Shown here piece after piece: positions 1 to 13,062 of a DNA stretch of 64,000 bases; position 1 is the stretch's first letter, and every line of letters starts with the position of its first letter. Source of the stretch: Centroscyllium fabricii (lineage: Eukaryota); contig JBNRSN020000005.1 in the NCBI GenBank assembly GCA_051313645.2, positions 82,274,001 through 82,338,000 of the forward strand, in the 5' to 3' direction. A model generated the notes under the pieces. It saw only the letters and a program-made list of their open reading frames with translations. It was not told the origin of the DNA and did not search any database. Both the position numbers and the translations under genes were made by a program.

Positions 1-214
1 GTTCAAGGGATGTGGGTATCGTTGGCAAGGCCAGCATTTATTGCCCATCCCTAATTGCCCTTGAACAACTGAGTGGCTTGCTGGACCATTTCAGAGGGCA
101 GTTATGAGTCAACCACATTGCTGTGGGTCTGGAGTCATATATAGGTAAGAACGGCAGATTTCCTTCCCTAAAGGACATTCATGAACCAGATGGGTTTTTA
201 CAACAATCCGGTAG
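1..214 (-). mobile_element. Partial tRNA-derived SINE (body and LINE-derived 3' tail), same family as 62684-63162
   Basis: Reverse complement matches the 62684 copy over long blocks (CCCATCTGGTTCA, AGGGAAGGAAATCTGCCGT, ACTCCAGAC, AGCAATGTGGTTGACTC, CAAGGGCAATTAGGGATGGGCA). Confidence 0.85.
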
Positions 215-2449
215 CTCTGGTAGAATGCTGTATAATATATTGATCCTAACTGGGTAGTTAGTGTGCCTGCCATATTCTTGAGTTGTTGACTTCTGCTTAG
301 GCTGCTAAAGAGAAGTACTAAGTGAATGCCAGGCATATCCTGACAGGGACATGGGAAAGCAGTCAAGGATTACATTTTACACGCCAAGCAATTGTCTCCA
401 CTGCAGCGGAGGCTTGAGAGAACATAATTTGGCCATCTTATGGCCTGCAGTTGGTGTGTGGCCAGGGAAGAGCATGGTCTATAGCAGCAGCATATGAGCA
501 GTTGATCTCTCTTTGGATAATTTTTTATTTCTGGAGAAGCACCTTGTCCTTTTGCTTGTTGACTGCCGATGAGTAAACTGAGATTGAGAGCTCACCATTT
601 GAATAATTGTGGTTGTGAGCTGGTATTTTGCACATCAATTTGTCCTGTGCTCACACTACGATTCTTGGCGGTTACTTTTGAGATATTTGTGCATATTGTA
701 ATGGAAATATGGTTCCCGTCACGTTTCCAAACCAATATTAACCAAAAATAGGGAATGGTAGGGCTAATGGTGAGGTTTTAGCAACATCTTTGAACATTTT
801 AGTCTCTTTCATGACGAGATTTCCGCCACACATTTGGCGAAGTTACAGTACAGAGCAGGAATAGTTCTGAGGATATTCCAGGCCGTACATTCTACATACA
901 ATGGTATGCTGTCCATGAATTACACTAATGTTCCCATGCCATGGAGCGACGGGTTATAGGACGTCCGCAATGATTCACCATATCTCAAGAGCCAAAATCT
1001 GATCCATGCTAGTAGATGAAAGTATTAGATGGAAGCCTGGTGCGTTCCCTCAAGGAATATCAAAGGAGACATTTTTAAACTTATTTTCCCCACATTTTTG
1101 CAAGTTTATTTTTCATTTCCTTTTACTTGTTGGTTTTAGTGTTAATGGAGTCGAGTTTCTGCTTCAGACACAATCGGCATTCCGGGCACAAATTGCGCTC
1201 AAAGTTGCGCCTGTTTTACGAATTGAAATTTTTGCTCAAGTTCCTGCTCAATCTCACTTGCATATTGCCGACCATAAAATCTTCCACGAACCAACGCAAT
1301 CGGGCAGCGTTCTCTAACCGAATTTTTTTTCTTGCATTAAAAAGATTCCTTGATATATTTAAGAGTGGTAACCTGGTGCAGTTTTATTACTACAGTTTAA
1401 AATGGGTTTAATCATAAAAAATAAGCATTTTTAACCAGAGTGTCTCGCACATCACCTGTGCGTAACTTGATTTTAAATAACTGAAAATGACTTTAAAGAA
1501 AATTGACAGAACTATTTACTAGTGTCATTGATGTACAGTAGTCATTTTTTTGTAAATTTAATAGTTTTTCATATTTAATAGCTTTTAAAAGGTGTCTATT
1601 AGTGTCCTTGCACCTAATTAAAAAAAGCTTATTTATTTCTGTTTTCACACCATGTTTAAACTCTTTTTACTTGTTGCTATTTCCACCATGTGATTCTTTT
1701 GTATTAGTACTTTTCTCTATTCTCTTCCTTATTTTTGTGAGTTCGCTGTATGATTATTTTCCCCCCTCTCCGTGTCTTTCAGTTGGAGTGCGATGAGACA
1801 TTCAAAATTCCCAAAGATGCAAATGAGTCTTTTGGGAACTGCAGAAGCAGGGGAGCATTGGCAGCAGAGAATTGGGTAAAGTGTTTGTGAATGGACCATT
1901 ATCCAAGATAATAGTATCTAAGGTGGATGAGAAATAGAGAGGGGCCAGGAGTGCAGAACAGAAGAACTGATGAAAGAGGCTAGGGCTGGAGTTGTAGGAG
2001 TGAAGAGGTTAATGAGTGAGCTTAAGAATCAAGTAAGATGAGATATGTTTTGTGTTTCTTTGGTCATTCTCTGTTTTTTCACTCCATTTGTAACAAAACT
2101 ATATTAACTGATGGCGCACTCTTTTAAGCGATTCTGGCTTTCATGGTAGAGTTTCAGACCTCGCAATGTGAAAAGCGAAAATATCAAAATGAAATTTTTC
2201 TTTAAATTTTGAGACCAAACAGCAGTGAGTTTAATTACTGTAGCCTTAAAAATAAAACTAAGACTTCAAAATAAAAGTGGAAAATATTTGGAGGGCGAAC
2301 AAATTCATTGGCTCACTAACAATTTTTTTGATAAAGTGGGTAGATTTTTTTATATATCTCCTGAGTTTAAAGATGCATTTCTAGTTTTTAATCCTTGATC
2401 TGCTGCTGCCAAAAATTGGAAATAAGAAAAGAACTTGTGCTTGCATGTA

Positions 2450-2550
2450 CAACAGCGTCTACACTTCAAAACTACATCATTGACTGTGAAGCGCTTTGGG
2501 ATGTCCTGAGGTCATGAATGATACTATATAAGTGCAAGTTCTTTCTTTCT
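2450..2550 (+). mobile_element. Decayed SINE/L2-type 3' tail fragment
   Basis: GTGAAGCGCTTTGGGATGT...TATATAAGTGCAAGTTCTTTCTTT resembles the L2-type tail at 38619-38680 (GTGAAGCGCCTTGGGACGT...CTATACAAATGCAAGTTG). Confidence 0.55.
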
Positions 2551-3399
2551 ATGTGTTTCTCTCTGGGGTGGGAATATATTACCTTTTTGATTTTTATCCT
2601 TTCCTTTCTGGTCTCCTTGGGCTACACATCGCCTAAAGTTGAGATGGCATGTACATGACCTACTCTTTCGCTGGTGAAATTTCCTCTGAACCTTCCAGCT
2701 TCTCCCTTTCTTTTACTGCTTCCTCGATTCTTCCTTACATTGACGTGACCTAGTTTACGCCCCTTTCAGTACTCTCTCTCGCTTAAGTTATGGCAGGAGT
2801 GCACCGTAGGGTCCAAGGATTTTGGGGGACGTGGTCACCTCAATAATCTAATTCACCAAACGTAACCAGTTATGCCCTCTTATGTGGCAGATTGGGTTTC
2901 TTTCTGGAATGGTTGTTTTGCCTTTCGGTTGTTTGGCTTTGTGATTCGCTGGGGAAGAATTTTGTCTTCGTTGCCTGGGTGGTAATCTGGTGGAGGTGAT
3001 CACCTGCCCTTTATAGAACCCACCCAATTTTCATTTTGTCATAAACCTAAAATATATGAAGCCTTTGCACAGAGCTTTTTAGTCCAGTGCCAAAAGTAAT
3101 TTATTTGCTAAGAAGCTACAACCTAGAAGCATAAATTAACTAGCAGTGTAAAGTGAGCAGCGATATGTAAACTGTTCTTTATTAGACATACGGCAATGTT
3201 TGATGGCAAGGCATGACCATTTCTTGGTTCCATAAATGTAAGGTAACCAAATACCTCAAAATAGAGAAACCCCTGTCAGGGAGTTATAGATTTTGTCAAT
3301 CTCAATTTTGTTTTTCAGTGGCAAAATGGGTATAAATGTAGATTTACGGGTTGGTACAATGGCACTGGATGAGTGCTAATGCTCAGAGCCATGGAGTGC

Positions 3400-3790
3400 C
3401 GAATGAGTGCATGTTCTGTCTGCTCATTTCCCAATTTGAGTGTAGACCGGAGGGAAACATGGGGGGCAGATAGAAAATTGGAAGAGAGACTTCAACAGCA
3501 CGTCCTTCCCCTGTGACCTCTACCACCAAGAAGGACAATAGCAGCAGTGTTGTGAAAACACTGCCATCTCCAAGTTCTCCTCCAAAGCACACACTTCCTG
3601 ATTTGGGCATATATCATTGATCATTGTCCTGGAATTCCCTGTCTCGCATCATTCTGGTTGGACTATCACTACAAAGACTGCAGTAGTTCAAGGAGAATGC
3701 CCACTGCTACCCTTTCAGGGCAGTCATGGATGGGCAATAAATGCCCCTGCCAGCATTGCCTATATCCTTGGAACAAATTAAAATAAAAGT
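3400..3790 (+). mobile_element. Decayed 3' end of a CR1/L2-group LINE; probable partner of the SINEs at 1-214 and 62684-63162
   Basis: Remnant SWNSL codons (TCCTGGAATTCCCTG), then GACTGCAGTAGTTCAAGG...GGATGGGCAATAAATGC and an A-rich end, the same tail the SINE carries. 5' boundary approximate. Confidence 0.65.
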
Positions 3791-4866
3791 CAAGTCTATT
3801 GATCCCCAATACTTTCTGGTGGCCAGCTACAAGGGCCATTGGCTGCATCTGGAGCAGGCCATCCATGCTCTCAGCAGCAGAATTGTCGAGGCCAGGGAGA
3901 TGGAAGATACGGGTTAATTTACCAGAAGAAAAATGACATTAAAAATTAAAAGAAACATAACTGCTATCAAATTCAAACATTATACATCAATGAAAGAAAA
4001 ACGTATGCTAACTGTACAGGTTCAATGTCACAGACCCCTGAAAGCCTACCATGATCATTTCAATGTTTAAAAAAAAATTTACATTGAAAAGAACGTATTA
4101 ATCATTTCATCTTGTCATTCCAGCTTCCATTTTTTCCGTGTGTTACACTGTGCTAAATGGTGATGGATTTCATTATCCTTTCTGTGGTACTGTAATTAAC
4201 TGAAATCCGCACAACCTAATTTTGTGCACAAACATATCCTGAAGATTGCTTTGGCTTGTATAAAAAGTAATACAGTTAGGCTTGTGCAGAACAAATTTAA
4301 TTTGATAGCAGGTGGTTTGATAAATCAAGAACCATGTACTTTTCCTCTTTTTCGGGGGATGGATTATTGGGGTGAAGGGAAAAAGTCTTCAAAAGCTTTG
4401 CTTTTAGCATATTAGTTGTTTAAGACCCAGAACTGAACCTAATGCAAATCAGGTTTTGTCTATGGAAATGTTAAACTGTGTGTTTTTTATTGTAAAGGTT
4501 ATTTTTGTATTAAAGTAAAGGCCATGACTGCATAGCAAGAAGAGAAATTAGAATACCGCTAGTTCATATTTCGAAAAATGAAATTGAGATTCCCTAGAGG
4601 TTTATAAGCAGTTGCTTTAGGGAAGAAGAAACATTTAATACAGCACTGAAAGGAACCAAAATAAAGAGCTCAGTGGTTCTTGTGCAGGCTGTAAGTAGCA
4701 TATAAGATGCAGCATCCACTTATTCAGCAGCAGCATTAGGTTTCATGCCCTGATAAAGATACTAATGTATAGCAGGTAAAATGAACTTTTTAGGAATATT
4801 AGAGGCCTGTTACTGTGCTGTATATCAGAACTGTCAAAATGCATCCACATAATTGATAATACACTT

Positions 4867-5615
4867 GGGGCACGAAATTGGCGGTCTAGCGCCGGCCCAT
4901 TAGCGCCCAAAATGGGCGCTACAGAATTAGCGCTACAGAATTAGCGCTACAGATCGCGCCCAGCGCTAAATTCAGCTGAGCGCTACGTTGGGGACTAACT
5001 GGTAGCGCCCCAACGAATTTAGCACCCAGCTGGACATCGGGAATGACATCTTCAGCCTGCGCAGTGCCTGGGAAGGGCCTGCGACTGAAATTGGGCAGCG
5101 CCCGCTGATTTATCGCTGGGCGCCGCCCGCGCAAGCTTTTTGGGGCCGTAGGAGCAGCGGGGGAGTGCGGCGGTTGGCCATTTTTATTGCTGGCCGACTG
5201 CCAGCACCTTCCCCCTCAGCCACCCCCGGCCTTCCCCGCTGCTCCCCCGGCGGGGTCAGGCCTCTGGCAACTGAGCCCGGCACTTCCCTCCAGTGCCGGG
5301 CTCCTTCTGGCGAGTCTGCTCCCACGGCGGCCCCGCGGGGCTTTGGCCGCAGCCGCGCTAGGCCCCTCCCCTTTAATCGGGGAGGAAGGCCTGCAGTACC
5401 GTGGGCTGCTGCTATGCGCTCCTTGGCACAACGTCGCGCCTGCGTCCCAATATTCGCACCAAGAGCAAGGCGGCCTGCCTACTTTAGCACCCGTCCTCCC
5501 ATTATGGGTGATGCAGGCGAATTTGGGCCCTAACAGCGCCAGCGATGAACTGGCGCTAAATACAGCGCAGCGCCGAGGTCAGCGCCACAAAATGTGGGCT
5601 GACCAATTTAGCCCC
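4867..5615. mobile_element. Harbinger-type non-autonomous element (MITE family A)
   Basis: Imperfect TIRs GGGGCACGAAATTGG / CCAATTTAGCCCC, CTT on both sides (3-bp TSD), repeated TAGCGC motifs, internal similarity to 34191-34894 and 60554-63695. Confidence 0.8.
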
Positions 5616-8600
5616 CTTAATCTTCAAAAATTCTGTGTAGTTTCTCAAAATAATTTTAAAATTGTAAATGTACCCCTTTTTATTCAAAAATATTACTGCG
5701 CTGTACGTCGACACAAGTTATTCTGATATTCTATAGCATTTGTAAGACATCTCTGATCATTGAGAATTCTGGGTAGGTACAAAGGAAACCGTTGTCGCGA
5801 TTCTTCCCCACTACCATACATAATTTTCTCTTCCCCAAATTACCGCTGAGTATCCATGCAGTTCTTTAAAAAGACAGCATGGTGCAGCCTGCAGATGTGT
5901 TGGTGTCGCTCCATGTTCAATTTACATGGGGGGACATTTGAGGAGCACGGAAAGGCACTCTTTCTTTATTCCTCCTCCGGCCCCCGTCGTCAGAAACCAG
6001 TGCTGCAATATCTCCTAACAGTTCCCTTGCATACAAAGAGATTGTACTTCAGGGCACCTGCATCTGTTTAATAAATTAAAAAAGATCTTAGCCATGTGGA
6101 TTTCTGAGAGTTCTTGACTATTTTAACTTGTATTAAGCTTAAAGAAATTAGAAAATGATTGTTTTTTCTTCTCTGAGCTGTTTCAATAATTGACCTTTTA
6201 ATTTACAACCTCCGAATTGTAACACAGTATGCTAGCACTAGTAATGAAGATTAAATGAAGTCTTACTGAAAGCATCAAAATGGAGATAGATTGAGTCAAC
6301 AAAAACATTTACTATAGATTAATGTTATTGTATTGATGTGGGTCTATTTTAAAGCTCCTTTTGCAGTATTTATTTCTGTCTGTTTCTGTGTTGCTGGAAG
6401 CAGAATGGGCAAGGCAGCTGGAATTATAGTAATTATCTGAGTTTAACAAAATGTTGAAAATAGGCTTTTTAAGTTTGCTTAATCCTGAAATGTTTTAAGT
6501 GTTGTAATTAAAAAATCAAAACAGGTTATCAGTATAGCAACAGAAGGTTAGCTCATGTTATGTTCATATTACAATGCACAGTGCAACTTTATGAGACAGT
6601 GCCACGATTGTCACCCATCACTGTAAGGTAGTGTTATTACAGCAGGTACCTCAACCAGGCGGCAGAGGGGATTGAGTGCCTGATGATTTGTAAGATAATG
6701 TAAAGCAGACAAAATGTCATTTGTAACAAGCAAAGTTAATCTTCAGTTTCTTGTCAAGAGATTCTGACAAAAAGCATTAAGAAAGAAAAGACACAGCAAG
6801 GCTGTATGGTACATTTTGTAAAGCAACATTTAAGTCATGGGGGTTGCATTAAAAAAGCTGGAAGACCTTGTATTGGGCTGTTTTTATTATCCTGTGCAAG
6901 ATGCAGAATTTTATAGCCTTTTCTACAAAACATGAAATTTGTAAGAGCCTGCTTCTGATCCGACTATTTTTTGCTTCCAGTACAATATATATGTTTGCAG
7001 AAACAGAAGAGAATGATGGACAATGTAATGTAGTACTCTCAGCTTGCAAATATTTAGTGTAATTTAACTTTGAGTCCTATCCATCTTCACATAATAAACT
7101 TAAGTCTATTTGCTGAGCTGACTGGATCACCCAGAGCAAACTGGTCGGTCGGCATGTAGCCCCTTAACCAAGCGCACAAAATGGATCACCAGCCCTTTAT
7201 TGCTGTGTAAACAGTAACCGTTCATTTTTTGGGGGGAGGGCGGGTGGGGGGGGGGTGGAGAAACCTGGGGCGGGAGGGGGGGGAGGAACCTGCGTTGCTG
7301 CCGCTGCCAGGGCTGTGCTTTAGTATGCAACCTGTTGCAGCACTGACTCCCCTGTGGCATGCTGCAGTTCATTTTCCAAACATGCGGCATTGTTTTTTAA
7401 ATATGGAAATATATGGCCGTCATTATTGGTGCATTTCTTCAAACGTGTCCAGCATTTGAACCTTCGGCTATAAAAATGTTGATCTGAAAATGGCAGCAGT
7501 CAGTTGATGAATGCAGAAGAGAGAAGCATAAATCAGTGCAAGGCATTTCTTTCCTCCCCCCCCCCCCCCCCCTCCTCACGTCCACAGAGAATTGTTGTCT
7601 ATTGGTTCAGAAAATGGAGAAATGAATCTAGCAATACCCAGCGCTGGTTAGCAGATTGTCATTTTTGGGTTTGATGTTCTTTGGTATAATTGTCTTTCAT
7701 GTGAACAATGGCAGGAGATCTCTGGTGTGCCATGGAAGCATGATAAAAGAGGCTGATCTTGCATAGCAATGTCTTTTATTATTAGTGTGTAAAATTAGCA
7801 AGCTGGATGTTGTTAGAATTAGCTTTACTGATGTTAATTGTAATGCAGTATGAATTCCGTTAGCAGATTGTGCAGTAATTCTCGGTAAGGTGATAGCTGC
7901 GTCGAAAGGTAATATTAATAGCCTTTTACTTATATTGTATCGTTTTAGTAGGCTTTAATAAGGCAGTCACCGTCAACGGGAATTTATTAGAAAAGTGTAG
8001 TAATTGATGTATTGCAGCAAGTATGGGCAGAGGCTGAAGTTGATTAATGTATGAGTTGGCTTTTTTAAGGCAGTTTAAAAAGGCTTCTTAACTGAGTCTT
8101 CGGAGACCAACACAAACCCACTGTAAACTACTTCATTCCAGTCGGAAAATGACTTGACAGCTGCTCCAGTCTCTGGTGGTTTTGCTTTTCTGATCAGAGA
8201 AAATTGAAGTAATATAGTACTCATCAATAATTGCAGTGCTTAAAAATCTTATAAAGGGATTTTGACTGTTTTCCCCCCTGGAGATAAGTTTTCAAAGGTT
8301 AAATTAGTTTTACTTGCATTTGCTTCATATATTCAACCCAGAGTAAGGATCAGTTGTGCTTTAAATGGACTGCTGGTTGTGAGTTGCATGAAATTAACAT
8401 CTTTGTGACTATCTGCAGTGTTTAACTGCAAAGTGGTCTCTTCTGGGCAGCAAGCCTTTGTGTCTGCCATAGCATATACAGACTATACATTAAAAGCACA
8501 ACAGGGAAACTGGGAGGGATTCATAGTGATGCCATTCTCCAGCAAAACTATATAGTGTCCCCAGCAATTCCATCATTTTGAGATGAACAAAGACCTAGGC

Positions 8601-10879
8601 TAGACACCTTTGTGTATACTTTATACATTTTATATGGTGCATGAGGACAATTCATTGCGATATTCTAATCTCTAAATACTTAACAGTACAATAGAAGCGT
8701 TCTGTCTGCACTTTTATCTGATATTTTAGTTTCACTCAAGAATATATATCAACACTGAATGTTAAAGAGCCACAGAGCTAAGTTTGTGGGCCATTGTTTT
8801 TTGTTTAAAAAAGAAAGCGGATTTTTGCGCAAGTTTTTAAAAGCTTTGCTATGAATTGTAGCAAGACCATCTTATTATAGTTTCCAGCCAAGACATTTTC
8901 TTTACAGTAAACAAACAACTATTGCGCAGTATGTGAACAAAATGGTACAGAAGACAAAAGCGCCAGACACTGTTAACAGCTGCCCTTTTGTCGCTTGTTC
9001 CAAAAATGCTTCCCAACAGAATATGCATTTTGTTTGCCTAGTAAACCTTCCTTTTTTTTAACTGTGTATTTTCTTCAGTCATATTGAAAGCTTTATTTTG
9101 CACCTCACAAACATTTTCCCACATGTAACCCTCCAGAGAAGCTTTGCATTGTTTCCCTTGGTTTTGCTTTTGAAAGCCTGCAGATGCACATAGACCATAT
9201 TTCAATGATAAACTGTTTAACAATGTTTCATGTGTATTTGACAGTAATACTGTGATTCCTAAAGTTGTTGGATAAAATCACTTGATGTGCTCCAGACATC
9301 TAAAGCTTGCAAGTTAAGCAGGTATTTACCAATTGTGAAAGTACTGCAGAAGTAAAAAGCATTTTATTGCTCAACTGCCCTACATTTTGTGAGGTGTTAC
9401 ACAAAGCGCCTCTACCGAGACTGACTGATTCAGTTCATATTAACCGAGAGTTCATCTTATTAAAGCACAGAGTCCTCTCAATAATGATTCTTTAAAATAA
9501 GCCTTGACAAAAGACTGTTAGTGATGGCTGCAGTCAGTAGCAAGTGTCCCTCACTCCAGGTAATGTTTGGACATTAATATGGCCTGTGTCCCACATTGGC
9601 TGGTAAAGAAATTGAGAGATATGCTGGTGGAAACAAATGTGTTTTATAAGCAGCCAACATTGGAATCCTCTGAACCGGTCTGATGTTAAAGTTTTACTGC
9701 AGAGTTTAAGGCACAGATCACGTAGCGCACATGATTTTAGGTTAAACTTGATTTTGCCATCACTTAATTTTACTAAATTAATTTTCCCAACCTGCTGTAT
9801 GCTTTAAGTTATGAAATAATATAGTTTTTCTTGTTTATTTTCATTTTTGGTACTAATCCATGGGATTGCATTTATGTTAAATCAGGCTGTCAATTAACTT
9901 CCCAGTCACAGCATGCAAACTACCATTTTACCATGCTGACATCTTATGTTTGCAATTTCTACATTTAAAATGTGTGACTTCTCTTTCACCCTACCCAAAA
10001 CCCCCACTAATATTAATACATTGGAGGTCAGTGAATTGGGTATGAATAAATACTTTATGTATTTTGTGCTCATTTCAAAATTTTCTGTTTCTTTTTATCT
10101 TGGCCCACCCTGGGACACTCACCCCTTGCCATTCTCCTGCTGCTCGGCGGCAAGCAGCCTATTCGAGGTTTCAGCGAATATACTCTTGAGCTGATTGTTA
10201 AGAGAAGTGCACGACTGGCGTCTGCTGACATGTTTCCGTACGTTGTACCAAAAGGCGGCATGGCTAAGATCGGGATCTCACTGGGGGGCCATTTTAAGCT
10301 TACAGCTGCCTGTTTTGCCCAGGGAAAATAGAGGCTAGGCCTCTGAATTTATGTGGGGATGTTGTTCGCCAGTTATCTGCCAGAAGTGCACTTGGCATCA
10401 TTTTGAGTCAGACGCATTTTAGTAGTCCAGGCCACCCACCTGAAACTGGCAGACGCCTAATGTGAGTGAGGGTCTATATCAGGACCTTACTGCCATTTTC
10501 AGCTTCATCAGTGATGAATTTGTCCATTTATAAAACCTGCCCACAAATCCTGATGACAACAATCGGGTGGGTAACTTGTACCAGTGTTGTTTAAAGGCAT
10601 CTTCAGCTGCAGTTAATACCTGGTTAGTCCTTTTATTCTGCTAGTGGTCTTTTTTATGCCTATTTCTGGCTGTATTGGCAGCTGTAGCTGACCACAAAAT
10701 ATTTGGCAAGTTATTTTTTTGGAGCTGGGAGAGAATTTCTGCCCAGGGGCTTTTGCAAAAAATGCCGTCTGGCAACAAGGGCGTGCTGCTCGGTCTGCCA
10801 TTGTGGCTAGAGGACCATGAGGAGGAAGAGCAGCAAGCAGTAGTGGAATGACCTAAAGCTGCAGAGAGAAGAGAGTGAA

Positions 10880-11660
10880 GAGAGGAGGTCGCAGGAGGCC
10901 TTATCCCACATGAGTATACAGGGCAAAAACATCTTCCCTCCAGATGGCTTCACAGGGGAGGCAGTTACAGAGCTCGGCTACCTGTCGCAGCACCAGCTGG
11001 AGCCCAGCACCAGGTCACACACTTCATTACCTGCGGCTCGGAGGATGACAGTGGCCCTGAATTTTTACACTTCGGGATCATTCCAGGCTGCAGCAGGTGA
11101 CACGTACACTCTTCGCCAAAGCAGACCAGTTCACCACCTCCCCTATGGAGGCAGCAAATCAGAATGACAGGGCCCTGGGCTTTGCCACAATTGCAGGCCT
11201 CTCCCAGGTGTGGGCTTAATTGTCTTGCTAGCTCCATATCAAGACCCTGGAGAATACATGAACAGGAAGGACTTCCATTTGCTGACCGTGCAGTCAGTGT
11301 GCAACAACACGCCGTGCATCATGTAGGTCGGTGCACAGTTTCCTGGCAGTTGCCATGATGCATTTACCCTGCACCAGTCCACAATCGCTCCTCTCTCCCA
11401 CCCACATCAAGTGACAGGTTGGCTGTTTGGGAACAAGCAGTATCCTGTGAATCCATGGCTCATGACACATCAGGAGCCTGCGCACAGACACATCCAGTTC
11501 AGAAACACATCTTTATCCAGCTCTGATTGCACAAATCATTGACATTTCTGAAACTGAGGTTCCACTTCTTGATCAGTATGAAAGCATTCTGCAATATAGT
11601 TTTGAGAGAGTCTTTGGATTTGCCATAGTATGCTGCATGCTCCATAACTTTGCTCTGCCT
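10880..11660 (+). pseudogene. Decayed PIF/Harbinger (HARBI1-like) DDE transposase
   Basis: Ordered family motifs across frameshifts: TVALNFYTSGSFQAAAGD (ORF 10910-11167), FATIAGLSQVWGLI, RKDFHLLTVQSVC, FPGSCHDAF (~11339), GWLFGNKQYPVNPWLMT (~11417), VCCMLHNF (~11628). Confidence 0.88.
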
Positions 11661-11972
11661 CTGGACAGCAGATTACTAAAGAATGCAATCACCCCACCAG
11701 CCCCATTAACACCAACAGTCCCTCCTAGCATCAGACCCAGTCCTTCCATTCTCTAGATGAATGACCTCAAATTAAACACCACCATGGGTATTTCTACACA
11801 TCACATGGCATGGTCAACTAACACTCATCCAATGAAACTCTGCACAAAAGCAAATTCAGTCAAAATCTGTAGCGTCAAATTGCCAGAAAATATATACAAA
11901 ATCTAAAGATCACCCTGAGTGTCTACCTTAGATACTCTTTGTACTAGTCTTGTACTCCTGCAAAGTGCTACC

Positions 11973-12351
11973 CCAGTGGCTACAAGATAGCTGATGGGAG
12001 GCTGTTGCATTTCCAGTGAGGATACTTGGGATGACCATCATGCATGACGTCGAGGAGCTCCGACCTGAGAAGGCCTGCTTGCAGACTGCAGCATCTTGGC
12101 TACTGCCAGGGCAGTTTGGCCCGGTTGCCTTTTTGGCCTGGGCACTGTTTGAAGCGGTGGCTTGGAAGCAGACCTGCTTTTGTCCAGAGAGAAGACAACA
12201 TGTGCCTCTCAAGAGGTGCCACTGCCACTCTCATGGGACTGCGCTGAGAGCCTTCTCTGGTCGGAGCTCCTCGAGATTACTCCTGGTGGCCATGTCAAGC
12301 ACCCTCATTGAATACACTGCAGCCTTCCATCTCACATCTTGTAGCCACTGG
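11973..12351. repeat. ~380-bp imperfect inverted repeat downstream of the Harbinger transposase remnant
   Basis: CCAGTGGCTACAAGAT (11973-11988) is the exact reverse complement of 12336-12351; 12050-12074 matches the reverse complement of 12250-12274 at 24/25. Confidence 0.9.
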
Positions 12352-12357
12352 TATACT

Positions 12358-13062
12358 GCAACAACATTTATATAGCACCTTTAATGTAGTAAAACGTCCC
12401 AAGGCACTTCACACAAGTATTAAATGCCAAAAATATTTGACACCGAGCCACATAAGGAGAAATTACGGCAGGTGACCAAAAGCTTGGTCAAAGAGGTAGG
12501 TTTTAAGGAGCGTCTTAAAGGAGGAAAGAGAGGTAGATGGGCAGAGAGGTTTAGGCAGGGAATTCGAGTTTAGGGCCTAGGCAACAGAAAGCACAGCCAC
12601 CAATGGTTGAGCGATTATAATCAGGGATACTCAAGAGGGCAGAATTGGATGGTGTTGTTGTGGGGCTGGAGGAGATTACAGAGATGGGGAGGGGAGAGGC
12701 CATGGAGGGATTTGAATAGGAGGATGAGAATTTTGAAATTGAGGTGTTGGTTAACCAGGAGCCAATGTAGGTCAGCGAGCACGGAGGGCGGGGGGGGGGG
12801 GGGGGGGGGGGGTGGGTGAATGGGACTTGGTGCGAGTTAGGACATAGGCAGCCGAGTTTTCAATCACCTCAAGTTTACGTAGGGTAGAATGTGGGAGGCC
12901 AGCCAGGAGTGCATTGGAATAGTCAAGTCTAGAGGTAACAAAGGCATGGCTGAGCTGAGGCAAGGGCAGAGACGGGCGATGTTATGGAGGTGGAAGGAGG
13001 CGGTCTTAGTTATGCTGGGGATGTGTGGTCGGAAGCTCATTTCAGGGTCAAATATGACACCA
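12358..13062 (-). mobile_element. 5'-truncated L2 LINE (ORF2 C-terminus and 3' UTR)
   Basis: Minus-strand HAFVTSRLDYSNALLAGLP...LEVIENSAAYVLT and GVIFDPEMSF..HI..ITKTASFHLHNIARL are typical of the L2 RT C-terminal region; short (GTT)n-type tail at ~12358. Confidence 0.9.

Noticed and set aside
4919-5726. Overlapping ORFs and CpG island suggesting a promoter or first exon
   Set aside because: Explained by a GC-rich MITE bounded by TIRs and a TSD and present three times in the window.
12790-12812. Long G/C homopolymers (also ~7554, ~14974, ~26970, ~44557) as functional G4 elements
   Set aside because: Simple slippage expansions, often inside repeats; lengths may be sequencing-dependent.
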